Notes under the pieces: model-generated
The model's database searches: none
What the model was told of the DNA's origin: nothing
The model's input: the letters and a program-made list of their open reading frames with translations, nothing else
NCBI RefSeq assembly: GCF_009914755.1
Contig: NC_060925.1
From: the human T2T-CHM13v2.0 reference genome, Homo sapiens
DNA: 64,000 nt
Reading direction: 5' to 3' (one strand)
Made by a program: the position numbers and the translations under genes
Part shown: piece after piece, positions 24,879-38,790 of the stretch
Numbering within the stretch: position 1 is the first letter of the stretch
Layout: each line of letters starts with the position of its first letter

Positions 24879-25756
24879 GACCCAGTTGGTGCTACCATCG
24901 CGTGGGCATAAGTTTAGGGGACGAGGGAGAGGCAATTGTTGAAGGTTCGCAGCTTCCACCCTGACCCCTGTGCCTGTGATAGCAGAAGGCTAGGAACTCA
25001 GGCAGGGACCAAGCAGACACGACGCAGGCGATACTGTGCAATCCGGGCTGCCTTCCTGCTGGAGGTGTTTGGTTGCTGTTCCAAGAACAAGTGGGGCTCT
25101 GGCATCCCTATGCGCCTTCCTGGTGCTTCTGAAAACCCACCTGAGGAGCCTAGAGGCCCCATTAATTTCTTTTCCATCACCCGATGCAGATCTCAGCACC
25201 CAGAAGAGCCTCTGGCTAAACGCTTATTAGCAGTTTCCCAAGTGGCAGGTTTGTGTTTATGTAAAATACAAATGGAGAACTGCTCTTTGCCCGTGTTTAT
25301 GGCAACTCTGTCACTCCCCTGCTATTTCTCCCTCCCCCTCGCGAGTTCCTGGGGGAAATTCACAGAACAAAGCACCTTGTTTTGCCTTTGCAGAGAATGA
25401 AAAAACACAGGACCATTCCAAGGGCCCAGACCTGTGATGCAGGGAAATCAATATTTTGCTTACATCGAGTGGGGGAATTTGCATCTAAACTGAAGGCAAA
25501 GGAGCTTGTTTGGAGCAGAGCAGGTGGCAGGAGCCGAGAATTAACAGATAATTTCTCATTGTTCCTGGATTCAGCCTCCACACTCGGCAGGCGCTTCTGC
25601 AGCGTCTCTGGCGCCCCGGCAGCAGCTCCGGACCTGGCATTTCTCAATCTAGCAGTGTGAAGGAGCTGCTGCCCTGATAGGGCTGCAGAAACAGGTTAGG
25701 GCCCCTGGGTCAGTCAATAGCTATTGAAGTTGGATTGTAGGAGTTAGCGTGTGTGG

Positions 25757-25910
25757 GAGAGACAGAGATGAGAGAGACAGAGAGAAAGAAACAGAGACAG
25801 AAATAGAGGCAAGAGACAGATACAAATGAGAGAGACAGAGGATGAGACAGAGATACAGAGAGACAGTTATAGGAAATAGAGAACAGAGAAACAGACAGGG
25901 AGACAGATGT
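25757..25910. repeat. GA-rich low-complexity tract (AGAGAC-like)
   Basis: Polypurine-biased degenerate repeat. Confidence 0.8.
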
Positions 25911-28049
25911 ACAGGTAAAGAAACACACATTCAGAAGGAGACATTAAGGTAAAGCCTCACCCTAGTTGTCCTCTTTAGCCCGCTACCTCCCCCAGCCCCC
26001 AGGTCAATTGCTGATACCACTGTGGTCACATAACCAGCCACAAAGCAGAAAAATTCTTCATGTAATGATGGAAACTTTTTTGTCTCTCAAACCCCTTTGC
26101 CCTGCAAACCCAACCCCCAAACACACCTTTGCTTCTTCCCATATGAAGAGATAAAATTCAGAGTCCCAGGGTCCCACCAAGAGCTGGGAGGGAGGATCCA
26201 GGGTCCCACTCAAACCCAGAGAGGGAAAGAGGTGGAAAGAAGTGGAATTGTTGCCCTTCAATTCTATCTCTCAGAGAAATCCCATTCTGAGTTTGGGTTT
26301 AGGGGTGGGGAGGAGAGAAGCAGGAGCAGAGACAGTTAAGCATGGAGTGGTGGCAAATAAGTACATTGGACAGGGCCTGGGAGGGCTGGGATTCAGGGCT
26401 GGTGCACCAAAGCAGCCACGAGGCTGTCACATCCCCTATCTGGGGCTCAGTGTGCCTATGTGAAGTTGGATTAGGAGCTCTTTGAGGCTCCTTCCAGCAA
26501 CAGCACTCTAGGATTTTACATGAGGGAGAAAAGAGGAGGCTGGGGCAAAGGGAGGAGGGAGGCAGCCTTTCCTGGCTCTGAAGCTGAGGGTGGTTTTACA
26601 GAGGCCAACTCACTTTCAGCTCCCCCTCCCCCATCGTTCTCATTGCGCCTACAGCCATGCATGGAGCATCCCGAGTCTGGGCACCTCCAGACCAGACTTC
26701 TCAGATGCAGGAAGAGGAGCTGGGGTGGAATGGGAGGCAGAATGAGAGGAGGTTTGAGACAGAAACAAGAGGCCTCCCACTCCTATGCCCTCCTCTCTTC
26801 GGAAATAGCCAATGTGCTCATCTCCTGCCCCCAACTTAAGTCTCTGCCCTTGGGCAGGCTCCCACTCTGCTCTGAGCAGCAATGTCTTGTTGAGTTATGT
26901 TGCAAATAAAATAAATTAAAACCAAATAATAATTTCTTTAAAAAAATTGAACCTTGGTAGGAAATTGCTAATGCTGTAGGCGGGAAGAATGAGCTCCTTT
27001 GACATGAGCCGATGTGTCATATTGTCTTTCCATCTCAATGCAATTTCTAAATAGGGAGCCCTTTCCCCATTCCCTCCTCCCTCCAAGTCCCCAGCAGAAA
27101 TGTAAAGGGAGCAGTCTGACGATTGTAGCTGGATTGTCTGACGTGCAGGGAGAGACACAGAGGAATAGACACACAAGCACACCTACAGCTTTGCCACGTG
27201 GATAGAAGCTAAGGAGGCTCTGACCCAACCCTGAGGGCCCCTGGTCTCTTCTCCCCACCTCCCCCATCCTCTGCTTACTGAGGCATGTAGCCGCCTTCTG
27301 CAGAAGTGTTAATTTACTCAAAAAAACAAACATCAGTTGAACCTAGTCTACTGCAGAATCAAGTTGAGGTCCTGTATTTGAGGGTATAACTTCATATCAT
27401 TATTTGGAATAAACTGTACTATGGATTCCCTATGGGGTTTCAGCCAGAACAGCTTTATCAGTATTTCCTGCAGATGACACTCTCTCCCCCAGCCCCCATA
27501 CCAAGATAGCAAATCTAGCCAAAGCTGGGTGACTTCTGCAAATCATGCTGTCCCAAGCCATCATCAGAGTTTTCAGGGATTCCTCCTTACCTGAGAAGAT
27601 GCAGAAGACGTTGCAGAGCTCAAGGTCAATGCCTAGGTGCTTTTTGAAAGCGTCCATTCTTGCTTTTATTCCAAGAAATATGCTTGGCAGTTCAAACATC
27701 CTGAACCAGGGTATATTTGCCTCTCTCCCATTCCTCCCCTATTTCAGCAGTCTCATCTCTGTTCTGTGCTCTCTGCTCAAGCACACAATATTCCACATCA
27801 GACTTGGGAAGACTGGACAATGTTTTCTGCATCCAGCCTGGCTTTGTGGACAAAAGCAGGCTGGAGTTCGGGGAAGCAGAGACAGGTTGAAGGTCAGAAG
27901 GCAGTATCATCCTTCAAACAACTTTAGAGCTAGGCCTAACCATGGTGGGTCGAGGTCTGTCTCCATTACTGAGAAGTGAAGATGATGTCAGAATGGAAGG
28001 GCTAGGAAGGGAGCCAAATAGTCCTCTTCTCACTGACCTTGTACAGAAG

Positions 28050-28270
28050 AAACAGCACGGCTTTGGAGTTGGACAGATCTGCGTTCAAATCCTGGGTCTG
28101 TTATTTACCAACTGGATTGCTTTAGGTGCTATACTTTAGCTCTCTGAACTTCAGCTTCCTCATTTGTAAAACGGGACATATAGGGCCTGCTTCACAGTGT
28201 ACAAGGCAAGGATTACATGAGTTGGGTTAAATGGTGAAGGTACTGTGACTGATCCATGGCAAGTGTTAAA
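28050..28270 (+). mobile_element. MIR SINE
   Basis: GGCTTTGGAGTTGGACAGATCTGCGTTCAAATCC...CAGCTTCCTCATTTGTAAAA. Confidence 0.72.
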
Positions 28271-29849
28271 TGATGGTTCCTGTCCCCTTTCTTCCTTTTT
28301 TCAGAATGTAGAGGAAAATTTAGCAGGTACACTATTCAGAGGTTAACCTGTATTCTTCCATGGGGCAAGTCTCTGCAAATTGTCCAGAAGGAATTTATCT
28401 CATGTAATTCTTACAAAAATACTGAGAGGCACAATGGGTGGATCCTAATCATCCATCTAGTAGATGAGGAGATTAAGTGACTGGTTCCTAGTCCACAAGG
28501 GAGGAGATGGCAGAGAACTGGAATTCAGGCCTTCAGACAGCAGATCAGCGCTCCTTCCTTCTTCACCATGCGGCAGAAAGATGGTGGGGATGTGAATACT
28601 TTTTCTTATTTTCTTACAAAAGGTTACAATATTTTAAAATTGCCTTTACAATAAATAAAAATTTAGAAATAAATTACAATGCAGTGAAAGATTTTTTCCT
28701 GTGCCTCTTTGCAATGCTCTTGGCTCTTTGACCTTAGCCATTTCAGTTGCCTCTTGGACCCAGTTACTGGTCTAGAGGAAAGATGGTGTCATTGATAAAA
28801 TACGGGGTTGGGGCCAGACAGCTTCATGGCTCCATACGTGCTTGGTTGCTTCACTCTTGACAGAGGTAGGACTCCTCAGAGAGCAGCTTGGGGTGTCTCT
28901 GTGCCTGGACTGTGTCCTGTGGTCAGAGCCCTGCTTCCAGGAAAGGGCCAAGCCAAGATTCTTGTAAGACCAGGACTCCAAAGATTGGAGCTCTCCCCAA
29001 GGAGCCTGGAGAGAGTTTGCAATCTTAGGTCTCTGGCTGTTCCACTAATGAAAGGAAACCAGATAAAATGCCAAAACTAATTAAAACAACAAACCTGAAA
29101 AGGCCCTGTCAAAACTAGGAAGTCTTAATTCTTGATTTCAACAGAATTCAGGTAGGAAGAATCAACAGAGCATGCTTTGGGTCAGTGGACTGAAGCCCCC
29201 TACAGAACTGAGGTGTTGGAGTCCCTGGAGAGAACAAATCTGTTTACCAAATTCCAGCTTCCATCCATTTGGTAGAATAAAAATCCTTTTCTATCCCAGC
29301 CCCCAAGCCTTATATACATTTCTGCTGTTTGCTAGAGCCATAGTAATGGTTTTAATGAGTCAGCCCCCAACCTTTATTAATACTTCTCTACCTTTGTAAA
29401 GCATGGCACAGTTTACACAACAGTCTTACGTATGTTATCTCATTTCATACAACAACCCCAAGATTGGACAGTATTATTCTCATTTCACTGGTGAGGTCCC
29501 AGAGAGGCTAGAAATAACTGGCTCAGGATTCACAGCTAGTGAGTGGCCGAGCCAGAGCTCAAGTCTGTCTTTTCATGCCACTCGTTCACTCATTCAACAT
29601 TTATTGAGGTCCTACTAAGACCCAGTCTGTGCCAGGCACATGGGATGCAATCCTGTGCTGTTTCCTGTATACAATGGCCTTCAGCCACACCACATACAGA
29701 GCCCTGAGCATATGGGCTCTGTCCTGAGGGAGTGCACACCATCAGTTGTGTAAAGAGGCTGTGTGTGAAATTGACTGAAAATGAGTTCTTTGACCTCCTT
29801 GATGCGCAGTTGCACAACCCACATGAACAGTGAAATTCTCTTCTGACAT

Positions 29850-30800
29850 GATTCTCCCTGGATTTCCCTCCCTTTCTGTTTCTTTTACTTTCTCCTTTGC
29901 CTCCTGTCAACCCTCTGCTTTCTCCAGGGTTCAGCTCTCAGCTTTTCTTTCTCCTATCTCAGTGCTCTCTGAATGGTCTTATCCATTTATAGGGCTTCAG
30001 ATACCAAACAATGCCAACATTAATAGTAATGGTAAACATTTACTGAGCACTTACTCTTTTCCAGGATCCATGCTGCTTGCTTAATAAGGGTTGCATAATT
30101 TAATCCTCACAACAATCCTATTATTGCCTTCAATTTGCAGGTACCAAATGATAGAGCCAGAATTTAAACCCATGCAGTCTCACTCCAGCGCCCACCCTAA
30201 GGATTTCCAATTCTGCATCTCTGACTCATCTATCTCTCCTTGCTTCTCCATGTGCATTTATAAATTCCTGTTCTGAACAACTTGACCCTAGACCTTCTGA
30301 ATCCAATACATATAAGACAGAAATTATATTTTCCTTCACAAACCTGCTCCACCTCTCTCCTTAAAGAAGGCTATAACCAAACCAAATTAGTGGCTCAAAC
30401 TAAAAATCTCAGAGGCTTCTTTGATGCTTCCCTCTCCCTTATTCGTCTGCATTCATCCATGACTGAATTCTGTTGTTTCTATTTCTCAAGTGTTTTGAAC
30501 CCTTGTCCGCCTTGTTGTATGTAATGAGATAACATACGTAAGGATACCCTCATCCTTGGAATCACTGTCCTTGCCCTAGCTCCAGCACCCAATAGCGCTC
30601 TTCCAGATCATGGCAGTTATGTTATGGGATAATATGAATATGTCACCCTCTCCGTTAAAATCCTTCATAGAATTCTTGGGGCCTTTGAGATGAAATTGAA
30701 ACCCTCCAGTATGGCAAACAAAGCCCTTCCAGATCTGGCCTTTGTCCACTTATGTAGCCTTCTCTCTAGACACTCCTGGGTATCCTCTGCGGGCCACCTA
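29850..30800 (+). mobile_element. Degenerate L2 fragment(s) with an internal MIR
   Basis: Pyrimidine-rich L2-like blocks (AAACCTGCTCC, GCTCAAACTAAAAATCTCAGAG). Confidence 0.5.
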
Positions 30801-31026
30801 TGCGGTGGTCACAGAGTGGTAATCCCTGTCCCTTGTCCTCACTCTCCACCCCACCTTCTGCATTTTTGCTCATTTTGTTCCTGCAGTTCCTCTTCTCTTC
30901 CATTCTAGAGTCTAGAACTTTGTGACTGCTTGTCCCTCTGCCCCAAACACCTTCCCTCTTTTCCTCATCACCCAGCTTGTTCCTACTGGATGCAGTGGCA
31001 CACGCAGGTTAAGACTGTAGGCTTTG

Positions 31027-33145
31027 AACATTATACTGAATGGGCAAAAGCTGGAAGCATTCCCGTTGAGAACCAGAACAAGACAAGGATGCCCATACAC
31101 ATCACTCTTATTCAATATAGTACTGGAAGTCCTAGCCAGAACAATCAGGCAAGAGAGTGAAATAAAAGGCATCAAAATAAAAAGATGGAAAGTCAAACTA
31201 TCTCTCTTCACAGACAATATGATACGATACCTAGAAAACCTCATAGTCTCTGCCCAAAGGCGCCTATATCTGATAAACAATTTTAGCAAAGTTTCAGGAT
31301 ACAAGATCAATGTACAAAAATTAGTAGCATTTCTATACACAAATAACATCTAACCAGAGAGTCAAATCAGGAATGCAATCACATTCACAATAGCCATAAA
31401 AATAGTAAAATACCTAGGAATAGAGCTAACCAGGGAGGTGAAAGATCTTTACAAGGAGAATTACAAAATACTGCACAAAGAAATCAGAGTTGACACAAAC
31501 AAATGGAAAAACATTTCATGTACCTGGATAGGAAGAATTAATATTGTTAAAATGGTCACACTGCCTAAAGCCATTTACAGATTCAATGCTATTCCTATCA
31601 AACTACTAATGACATTTCTCACAGAATTAAAAATATATATAAAATTCATTTGGAACCAAAAAAAGAGCCTGAATAGCCAGAGCAATCATAAGCAAAGAGT
31701 ACGAAGCTGGAGGCATCACACTGCCCAACGAAGCTATACTACAAGGCCACAGTAATTAAAACAGCATGGTACTGGTACAAAAACAGACACAAAGACCAAC
31801 GGATCAGGTTAGAGAACCCAGAAATAAAGCTGCACACCTACAACCATCTGATCTTTGACAAAGCCAAGATAAACAAGCAATGGGGAAAGGACTCCCTATT
31901 CAATAAATGGTACTGGGATAACTGGCTAGCTTTATGCAGAAGATTGAAACTGGACCCTTCTCTTTCACCATATACAAAAATCAACTCAAGGTAGATTAAA
32001 GACTTAAATGCAAAACCTAAAACTGTAAAGACCCAAAAGAAAGTCTAGGCAATACCCATTCTAGACATTGGCCCTGGCAAACACTTCATGACAAATGCTC
32101 CAAAAGCAATTGCAACAAAAACAAAAATTGGCAACTGGGACCCTAATTAAACTAAAGAGTTTCTGCACAGTAAAAGAAACTATCAATAGAATAAACAGAA
32201 AACCTACAGAGTGGGAGAAAATATTTGCAAACTATGCATCTGACAAAGGTCTAGTATCCAGAATTCATAAGGAATTCAAATAAATCAACGAGCAAAAAAC
32301 GACCTCATTAAAAAATGGGCAAAGAATATGAACAGACCCTTCTCAAAAGACATACAGGTGGCCAACAAGCATATGAAAAAAGCACTCAATATTACTAATC
32401 ATTAGGGAAATGCAAATAAAAACCACAATGAGAAACCATCTCACTCGAGTCAGAATAACAATCATTAAAAAGTCAAAAAGTAACAGATGCTGGTGAGGTT
32501 GCAGAGAAAAGGGAACATTTATACACTGCTGGTAGGAACATAAATTACTTTAGCCACTGTGGAAAACAGTCTGGAGATTTCTCGAAGAACTTAAAATAGA
32601 ACTGCCATTTGACCCAGCAATTCCATTACTGGGTATATACCCAAAGAAATATAAATTGTTCTACCATAAAGACACATGCATGTGTATGCACTATTCACAA
32701 AGCGAAGACATGGAATCAACCTAGATTCCCATCAACAGTGGACTGGATAAAGAAAATATGGAACATATATACCATGGAATACTACACAGCTATACAAAAT
32801 GAGATCATGGCCTTTGTAGCAACATGGATGGAACTGGAGGCCATAATCCTAAGCGAATTAACACAGGAAGAGAAAACCAAATACCACGTGTTCTCACTTA
32901 TAAGTGGAAACTGAACATTGAATACACATGGACACAAAGAAGGGAACAATAGACACGGGGGTCTATTTGAGGGTAAAGAGTGGGAGGAGGGTGACAAGTG
33001 AAAAACAACACATCGGGTATTATGCTGATTAACTGGGTGATAAAATCATCTGTACACTAAACCCCTGAGGCACTCAATTTACCCATGCAATAAACCAGTG
33101 TATGTACCCCTTGAACCTAAAACAAAAGTTGGAGGAAAAAAAATG
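31027..33145 (+). mobile_element. 5'-truncated LINE-1 (L1PA15/16-like)
   Basis: Degenerate ORF2 3' half ([16 protein letters not shown]..., FSLISGN*), 3'UTR and short A tail. TSD TGTAGGCTTTG at 31016-31026 and 33146-33156; splits a MIR. Confidence 0.92.
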
Positions 33146-33156
33146 TGTAGGCTTTG

Positions 33157-33355
33157 CAGCTAGATTGCTTGGTTCAAATTTTGGATCTGCCATCCAATTG
33201 AATGAATGACATAGTAGCTGTGTGACCTTGGGCAAGTTACTAAACCTTTCTGTGCCTCTGTTTTCTTGTCCATAAAATGGAGATGATAATAGTAGTACCT
33301 CTCTCATTAGTTTACTGGGTGGTTTAAATGAGTTGATATGAACGAAGCACTCAGA
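33157..33355 (+). mobile_element. MIR 3' part (5' part at ~30990-31026, split by L1)
   Basis: GCTGTGTGACCTTGGGCAAGTTACTAAACC; contiguous across the L1 TSD. Confidence 0.8.
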
Positions 33356-34537
33356 ATATCCCGTTCTCTGACTTCCAGAGCTGACTCAGATATTCCCTTT
33401 CTTGACATCCCATGGCACCCAATGGTTTTCTTTGTCACAGAGTTTAACAAACCATACTGTTGACTATTACTAGGCCATGAGCTGCTGAGCTGCATCTATC
33501 TCTCATTGATCTTTATACCCTCAGCGCCTCACACCTGATCCACACACAGCAAATGTCTATCACTTTGAAGAAGGCTGAATGTGTGAGTGTAATGCGATGC
33601 AAAGTGAGTGTGTGAGTGCAGGAGGAATCCCAGAGGACAGTTCCACGGGCCAAGTCAGGGAAGGCTTCTTGGAAGAGCAGAGTTGTGAGTAGAGTAGTTC
33701 GTCTGGAACTGGAAGGAATGGGGGAGCACATTCATTCTAGGCTGCAGGATACCTGTGACACAGGGAGCTCAGGCAAAAATAAGCATTTCACAGGAAGGAG
33801 TGAGCAAAGGACAAGGGGCGAGAGAGGACCCTGGACCCTCAGGAATCCCAGTTCACTGCTCTGATGCTCATCTTACTCAGCTGGGTTGTTATCAAGAGCT
33901 GGGCTTGTTCCAGCCTCAGAGGCCAAGGCAGAGGGAGGCCCAACCCCAGCCCTCAAGGAGATTCCAGTGAAGCCACAGGAAGCCAGGAAGCACCCAGTCA
34001 ATATTCCTCTGCAAGCTCTCCAGAGTTGGGGTCATGAAAAGTTTCTTTTTTAGAATAAATTGCTTACCAAAAGTGTTGATTGAGGAGAAAAATATATTCA
34101 TACATTTTTTTTTAAAGAAATTGCTGATTTTTCTCATGTCAAGCCATCGCTGTAAAGCACGCGTGTGTCTTCTGGGGCAGCTGACTGTTTTCCGGGATAA
34201 ATTTCTGATAATACCACCAAGTCATTACTGCACAATTAGTGCTGCTAATGAGGTAGGCAAAGTTTGCTTCCCACTCCTTCCCCACCCTTTCTACCTCTCT
34301 CTGCTCTTTTCTCCCCAGTTCACACACATTCTTCTCACACCCCTCCCTCCCAACCACAGAGCTGGTAGTGGGAGACGGGAGGGCCCCAGGTGAGGCTGTC
34401 AGACATTGGATTTCGACTCTCAAGCCTCCCAAATTAGCAAAGTGCCCAGGTAACTGGGAGAGGGCAGAGAACCAAGGGGTGCCAATGAAGAGGAGGGAGA
34501 GGCTGGCCTTGACCTGGGCACCAGGAAGTTAACAAGG

Positions 34538-34708
34538 GGCTGGGAGCAGTGGCTCCTGCCTGTAATCCCAGTGCTTTAAGAGGCTAAGGCAGGAGGATCA
34601 CCTGAGGTCAGGAGTTCAAGGTTGCAATGAGCTATGATCTCACCACTGTACTCTAGCCTGAGTGACAGAGCAAGATCTGTCTCTAAAAAAATAAGAAGAA
34701 AGAAAGAA
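34538..34708 (+). mobile_element. Alu monomer (FRAM/FAM-like or internally deleted AluJ)
   Basis: GGCTGGGAGCAGTGGCTC...GAGCTATGATC...A-rich tail; flanks AAGTTAACAAGG / AAGTTAAATAAGG. Confidence 0.85.
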
Positions 34709-37384
34709 AGTTAAATAAGGGTGGCGGCAGTAGCCAGGGGAGGTGGGGGGTGGCAACTTACCCTTCAGGGTATGCAGCAGTGATCTGTCACCCTAGAGAC
34801 TTTGTCTAATGCCCTGGTAATAGTGGAATTTTCTCCAGCAGTGGGGAGACAGCCCAGTGCCAGGGCTAGGTAACAGAGCTGTGGGTGGGTGATGCTGTGT
34901 TTGTTTAGGCTGCTGGTGGGAACAGCAGCTAAGCTTGATGGGAACATATTTCGTTTCATTCTGAGTAATTATTTTCCCTACACACACACTCTTAGACACA
35001 CATACATAGACCACATTCAGACACACACCCCCAGGGGGATTTTTCAGCCTTGCTCCTGGAAGCACCTGACAGGTTCTCTGATAGGCTCTCCTCCTCCCAG
35101 GTGGCTGTTGAGCTTTTTGGACACCTCAGCAGCCTTTGTAAGATGGAGAGTTTAAAAACTGCCGAGAAAATTATGTAGGGGAGGTCGGGAGCTCACTGAG
35201 GCCTCTGTTCCTGAGTAGGCATCTCCATGGTGGGTTGTAGAGTTGCCCACTGACCTGGTGAGCAGAAGTCAGCTGTGGCTGATGGAGCCCAACCTCCCCA
35301 GCCTGGGGAAGAGGGTGGGCAGAAGAGGCCCATGAGGGAAGGAGGACAAGGAAGGAGGGGCAATAGTGAAGCCTGTGGCTTCAGGAGGAGGGCTCAGGGG
35401 CAGGAGGTTGCTGAAGTGGGGCTTGGATGCAGATGCTTGCAAGGAGAACAGGCGTGGGCATGACTGCAGGGTCACAGCTCCATGGCTCAGGGAAGCCACG
35501 GACAGCACAGAGCATGAATGCCTCAGCCCCAGTAGGGATTGGATTGGATTGGATGGCCTGGCTTGCCTCTCATCCAATTCTTTATGATTCTTGCGCATGA
35601 AAATTGACAAAAACCAATCACTTTCCTCACAGCTGTGCTAACCTAGGGTTGGGGGCAGTAGGGAGGATGGCAAAGGCTTTTCATTATTCATTGGATTAAA
35701 CTGTTAGAGCCAAACAGCACAGCAAATGGAAGTCCATTGTTTTCTCTGGAAGCCATTCTAATTGTTAACTGAGCTGGTGAGGGAGGTGTCCTGGGAGGCT
35801 CACAGTGGCTTCACTCTGCCTTCGGGTTTGTGAGCGGAACTTCGACAATGCTTTCCTCTGTCACCCTCATGCAGACAAGAAAGTACCTCGGTGACCTCCC
35901 TCAATTCTGAAGAGCCTCTCATTCCCACACGGGCTAGGCCCAGAGATACCAACATTGAGACTTGCCTTGTTTTGAGCATCTCCTTTAGGAGAGGGTCCCA
36001 TCTTCCTAATCTGGGTTAGATGCCCCCTGAGCCCTCCATTTCTGCTGTTGTCACTGCCCTCAGATTTTACGGTAATTGCTAATTTACTTCTCCATCTCCT
36101 AGACAGATATGTCAGGGACTAGACCACAAGTTCTGTTTTGTTCACTTTGGTATTCCCAGCCCTTGCTATATTGTCTGTTACCTAGTAGGTGCTCAAGATA
36201 GTTTAACTGGGTGAATTAGCTGAGATAGGAGTTTCAAAGTTTGGGAGTTGGGGAATCATTTTTAGGTAGATCAATTCCTGCTTGCAAAGGAGAGGAGGGA
36301 AAAACCACTAAGTGTCTCAAAGCAAAGAGAAGGTTTGCTGACCACAGAGGAGGAGAGGGGCATGTCTTCCTTCTCACCTGGAGTTCCTAAAACCTGGGCC
36401 GCAGGGTGAGAACAACTGCTGTAAAGATCTACCAGGTAAAGCTTCAAGATCTTCCCGTAGAGCTCAATCTCCTGCACCAGGAGCCACCCTCCTGGGAGGC
36501 CTTGCTCTCCTTTCTCTGACCTCTGCGGTGCTGGTACTCGGCGCCTCCAGAGAACCTCCAGGCAGGTGCTGCCTGATTGACTCCATGCTCTGGAAGTCCT
36601 CTTCCTTGAACCAGTGGCCTCACTCCCTCCCATTCGCCGGGGAGCAGCTGACTACTCCTGCTGCCTCCTTCATGTTCTTCCAGGGCATTGCTACCTCTCT
36701 TGCTGCTCCCACCCAAGTGAAGACAAAATCCTCTTCTTCATTTCTCCTCGGATGCCATGGCAGGCTGGCAATTGAAAAAGAACCTTAAGAATGACTGAGG
36801 AAGGAATTACCTTTCATATAAATAGTTTTTGGATATCCAAGAATCGTCACACTCTAGACAGAAAGAGCAGGTGCCACATCACAGGCATCTTGCTTGGGTC
36901 CTGGCCCTGTCGGGTGGGGGCTGGAGCTAGTTCTCAGAGGTCCCCAACTGAGCAGCAGGAACGAGGCATCCTGACATTTACCACAAGCTCTGCAGCAGCA
37001 GCCAAGAGGTCACTTGTGCAATACCAGAGAAACAAAAGCTAAAGGCCACCCGCACCAGAGACAGGAGCTGAGACTCCACCTGCCAACCCAGAATGTCAGG
37101 GAAAGCTAGGGGTGGGGCCAACACAAAGCTGGTCAGGTCCCAGGGCAACCACCACAGACACTTGAGGATGTTCAGAGCTTACCTTTGGGGGATGTTTCTG
37201 GTGTGCTCTGTGGCTGAGTGGCTTGAGCAAGAATAAAGGATTTTGGGGCAAGGCAGAGAGCTTCCCTTCTTTCTAGCCACAGCTAGTCTTTAAACTTAAG
37301 AGAAGACCACAGTCAACTGTCACTCAGAAAGTTGGATGACCCTCATTTTTAGCCCAACACAATTCCAATTGGCAAGACACAGAG

Positions 37385-37610
37385 GAAGTTAAGAGTATGG
37401 GTCTTGGAGTTAGAAAAAGGTGGACGTAAATCGTGTCTGTGTAATTTATTCTCTCTCTCTGTATACAGTACTTCCAAACCTCCATTTCATCAACTGTAGA
37501 ATGGGGATAATACAAGCACCTGTTAGAATTGCCAGGAGAATTGAATGTGATAGTACTCGTAAAAGGCCTAGCATACAGTAAATGCTCAATAACTGATAGC
37601 TCTGTGATTA
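37385..37610 (+). mobile_element. MIR SINE
   Basis: GTTAAGAGTATGGGTCTTGGAG...AGAATGGGGATAATA...AAATGCTCAATAA. Confidence 0.65.
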
Positions 37611-37942
37611 TTGTTTGAACTTGATAAGTCCTTACTGAGTGGCCTCTAATCTAAAAGTATGACCTTGATAAAATCCCCCATTAAGGGTCACCAACTGAAC
37701 CACAAGAGAACAGAAATTGCCCTCAGCTCCAGAGAGCAGTCTGCCTCTAGGTAAGGTAAAGAGGTGTTGCTGTGCCCTAGAAACCTTCAGATGGTCCCCT
37801 TCACTTCGAAGCTGAGGTGGGCCCTAGTGGGCGAGGAGGGGCTGATGGTTAAACTGAGCCCTTGGGACATAAATTATGAATCAGTGACCTTTGCTAGTTT
37901 AATTACTCCCACTGCTGGGTGGTCTGTGCTCTGGCACTAGCC

Positions 37943-37956
37943 CCGGTAGGGGGCAA
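37943..37956 (+). promoter_or_regulatory. CTCF-like core motif
   Basis: CCGGTAGGGGGCAA versus CCASYAGRKGGCRS (12/14) in unique sequence. Confidence 0.4.
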
Positions 37957-38369
37957 ATTCTGCTCGCAGCCGGCAAAGCCCAGGGCCTGGTGCTTTTGCT
38001 TTCATCACCCCTGGTTCGTGTGGTTATTTCTGTGGCAGGAAAATTTTCTCACTGTGATGAAGGTCATGCTCTAGTCTAGGGGCAGGCCTGCTCTGGGCTC
38101 CCCTCATCCCTTTGACTTTGCAAAACACCTTATTATTCTTCAAAGCTTGTTGACATCATCCATCTTTTTTTTTTTAAAGCTGAATCTGACTGTATTAATA
38201 AAGCTGTCACACTAGTAGGTCTGTGGGTTCTAATCGAACTGATACATAGAAACAATCACATTCAGACAAAAAGAACACAGGGCACTCCATGAGGGAGTGA
38301 CGCTCTGGGGCCTGAGAGGCTGCTGTTTGTTTACAGCCTCAAGATGGGAGAGACCAAGAGGATGACTTT

Positions 38370-38790
38370 TTTTTTAATAAAATATTTTCAAATATACACA
38401 GAATAATAAAACGAAATCCCATATAACTGTCACTTAGATTCAAAAATTGTCAACATTATCCCTATCTTGTTTCATGTCTTTCTCACCTCTTTATTTTCCT
38501 GAAGTATTTTAAAACAAATTCCAGACATTATATCATTTCACTTGTCTATTCTTCTGCACATACTTCTGATAAAAACTTTAAATGAGTATGACTCTAAATA
38601 TACGTGGCCTTACCTATATACAAGTACTCATCACCCCTGACAAAACCAGCAAAACAATAATTCTCTAATATTACCCTGTCCACACTGAAATTGTGCTGTT
38701 ATTTGAGAATGTCTTTTTATAGTTGGTGCATTTTTTTATTAGGATCCAAAGTGGTTGGTTTTTAATAGTAGCTTCTAATTTCCTCTCTCC
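38370..38790 (-). mobile_element. Old L1ME-like 3' fragment
   Basis: AT-rich L1ME 3'UTR-like blocks (TTTTCCTGAAGTATTTTAAAACAAATTCCAGACAT). Confidence 0.55.

Noticed and set aside
35495-35510. RE1 right-half match CCACGGACAGCAC (also GGACAGCGCT near 44346)
   Set aside because: No TTCAGCACC left half nearby; half-sites occur often by chance.
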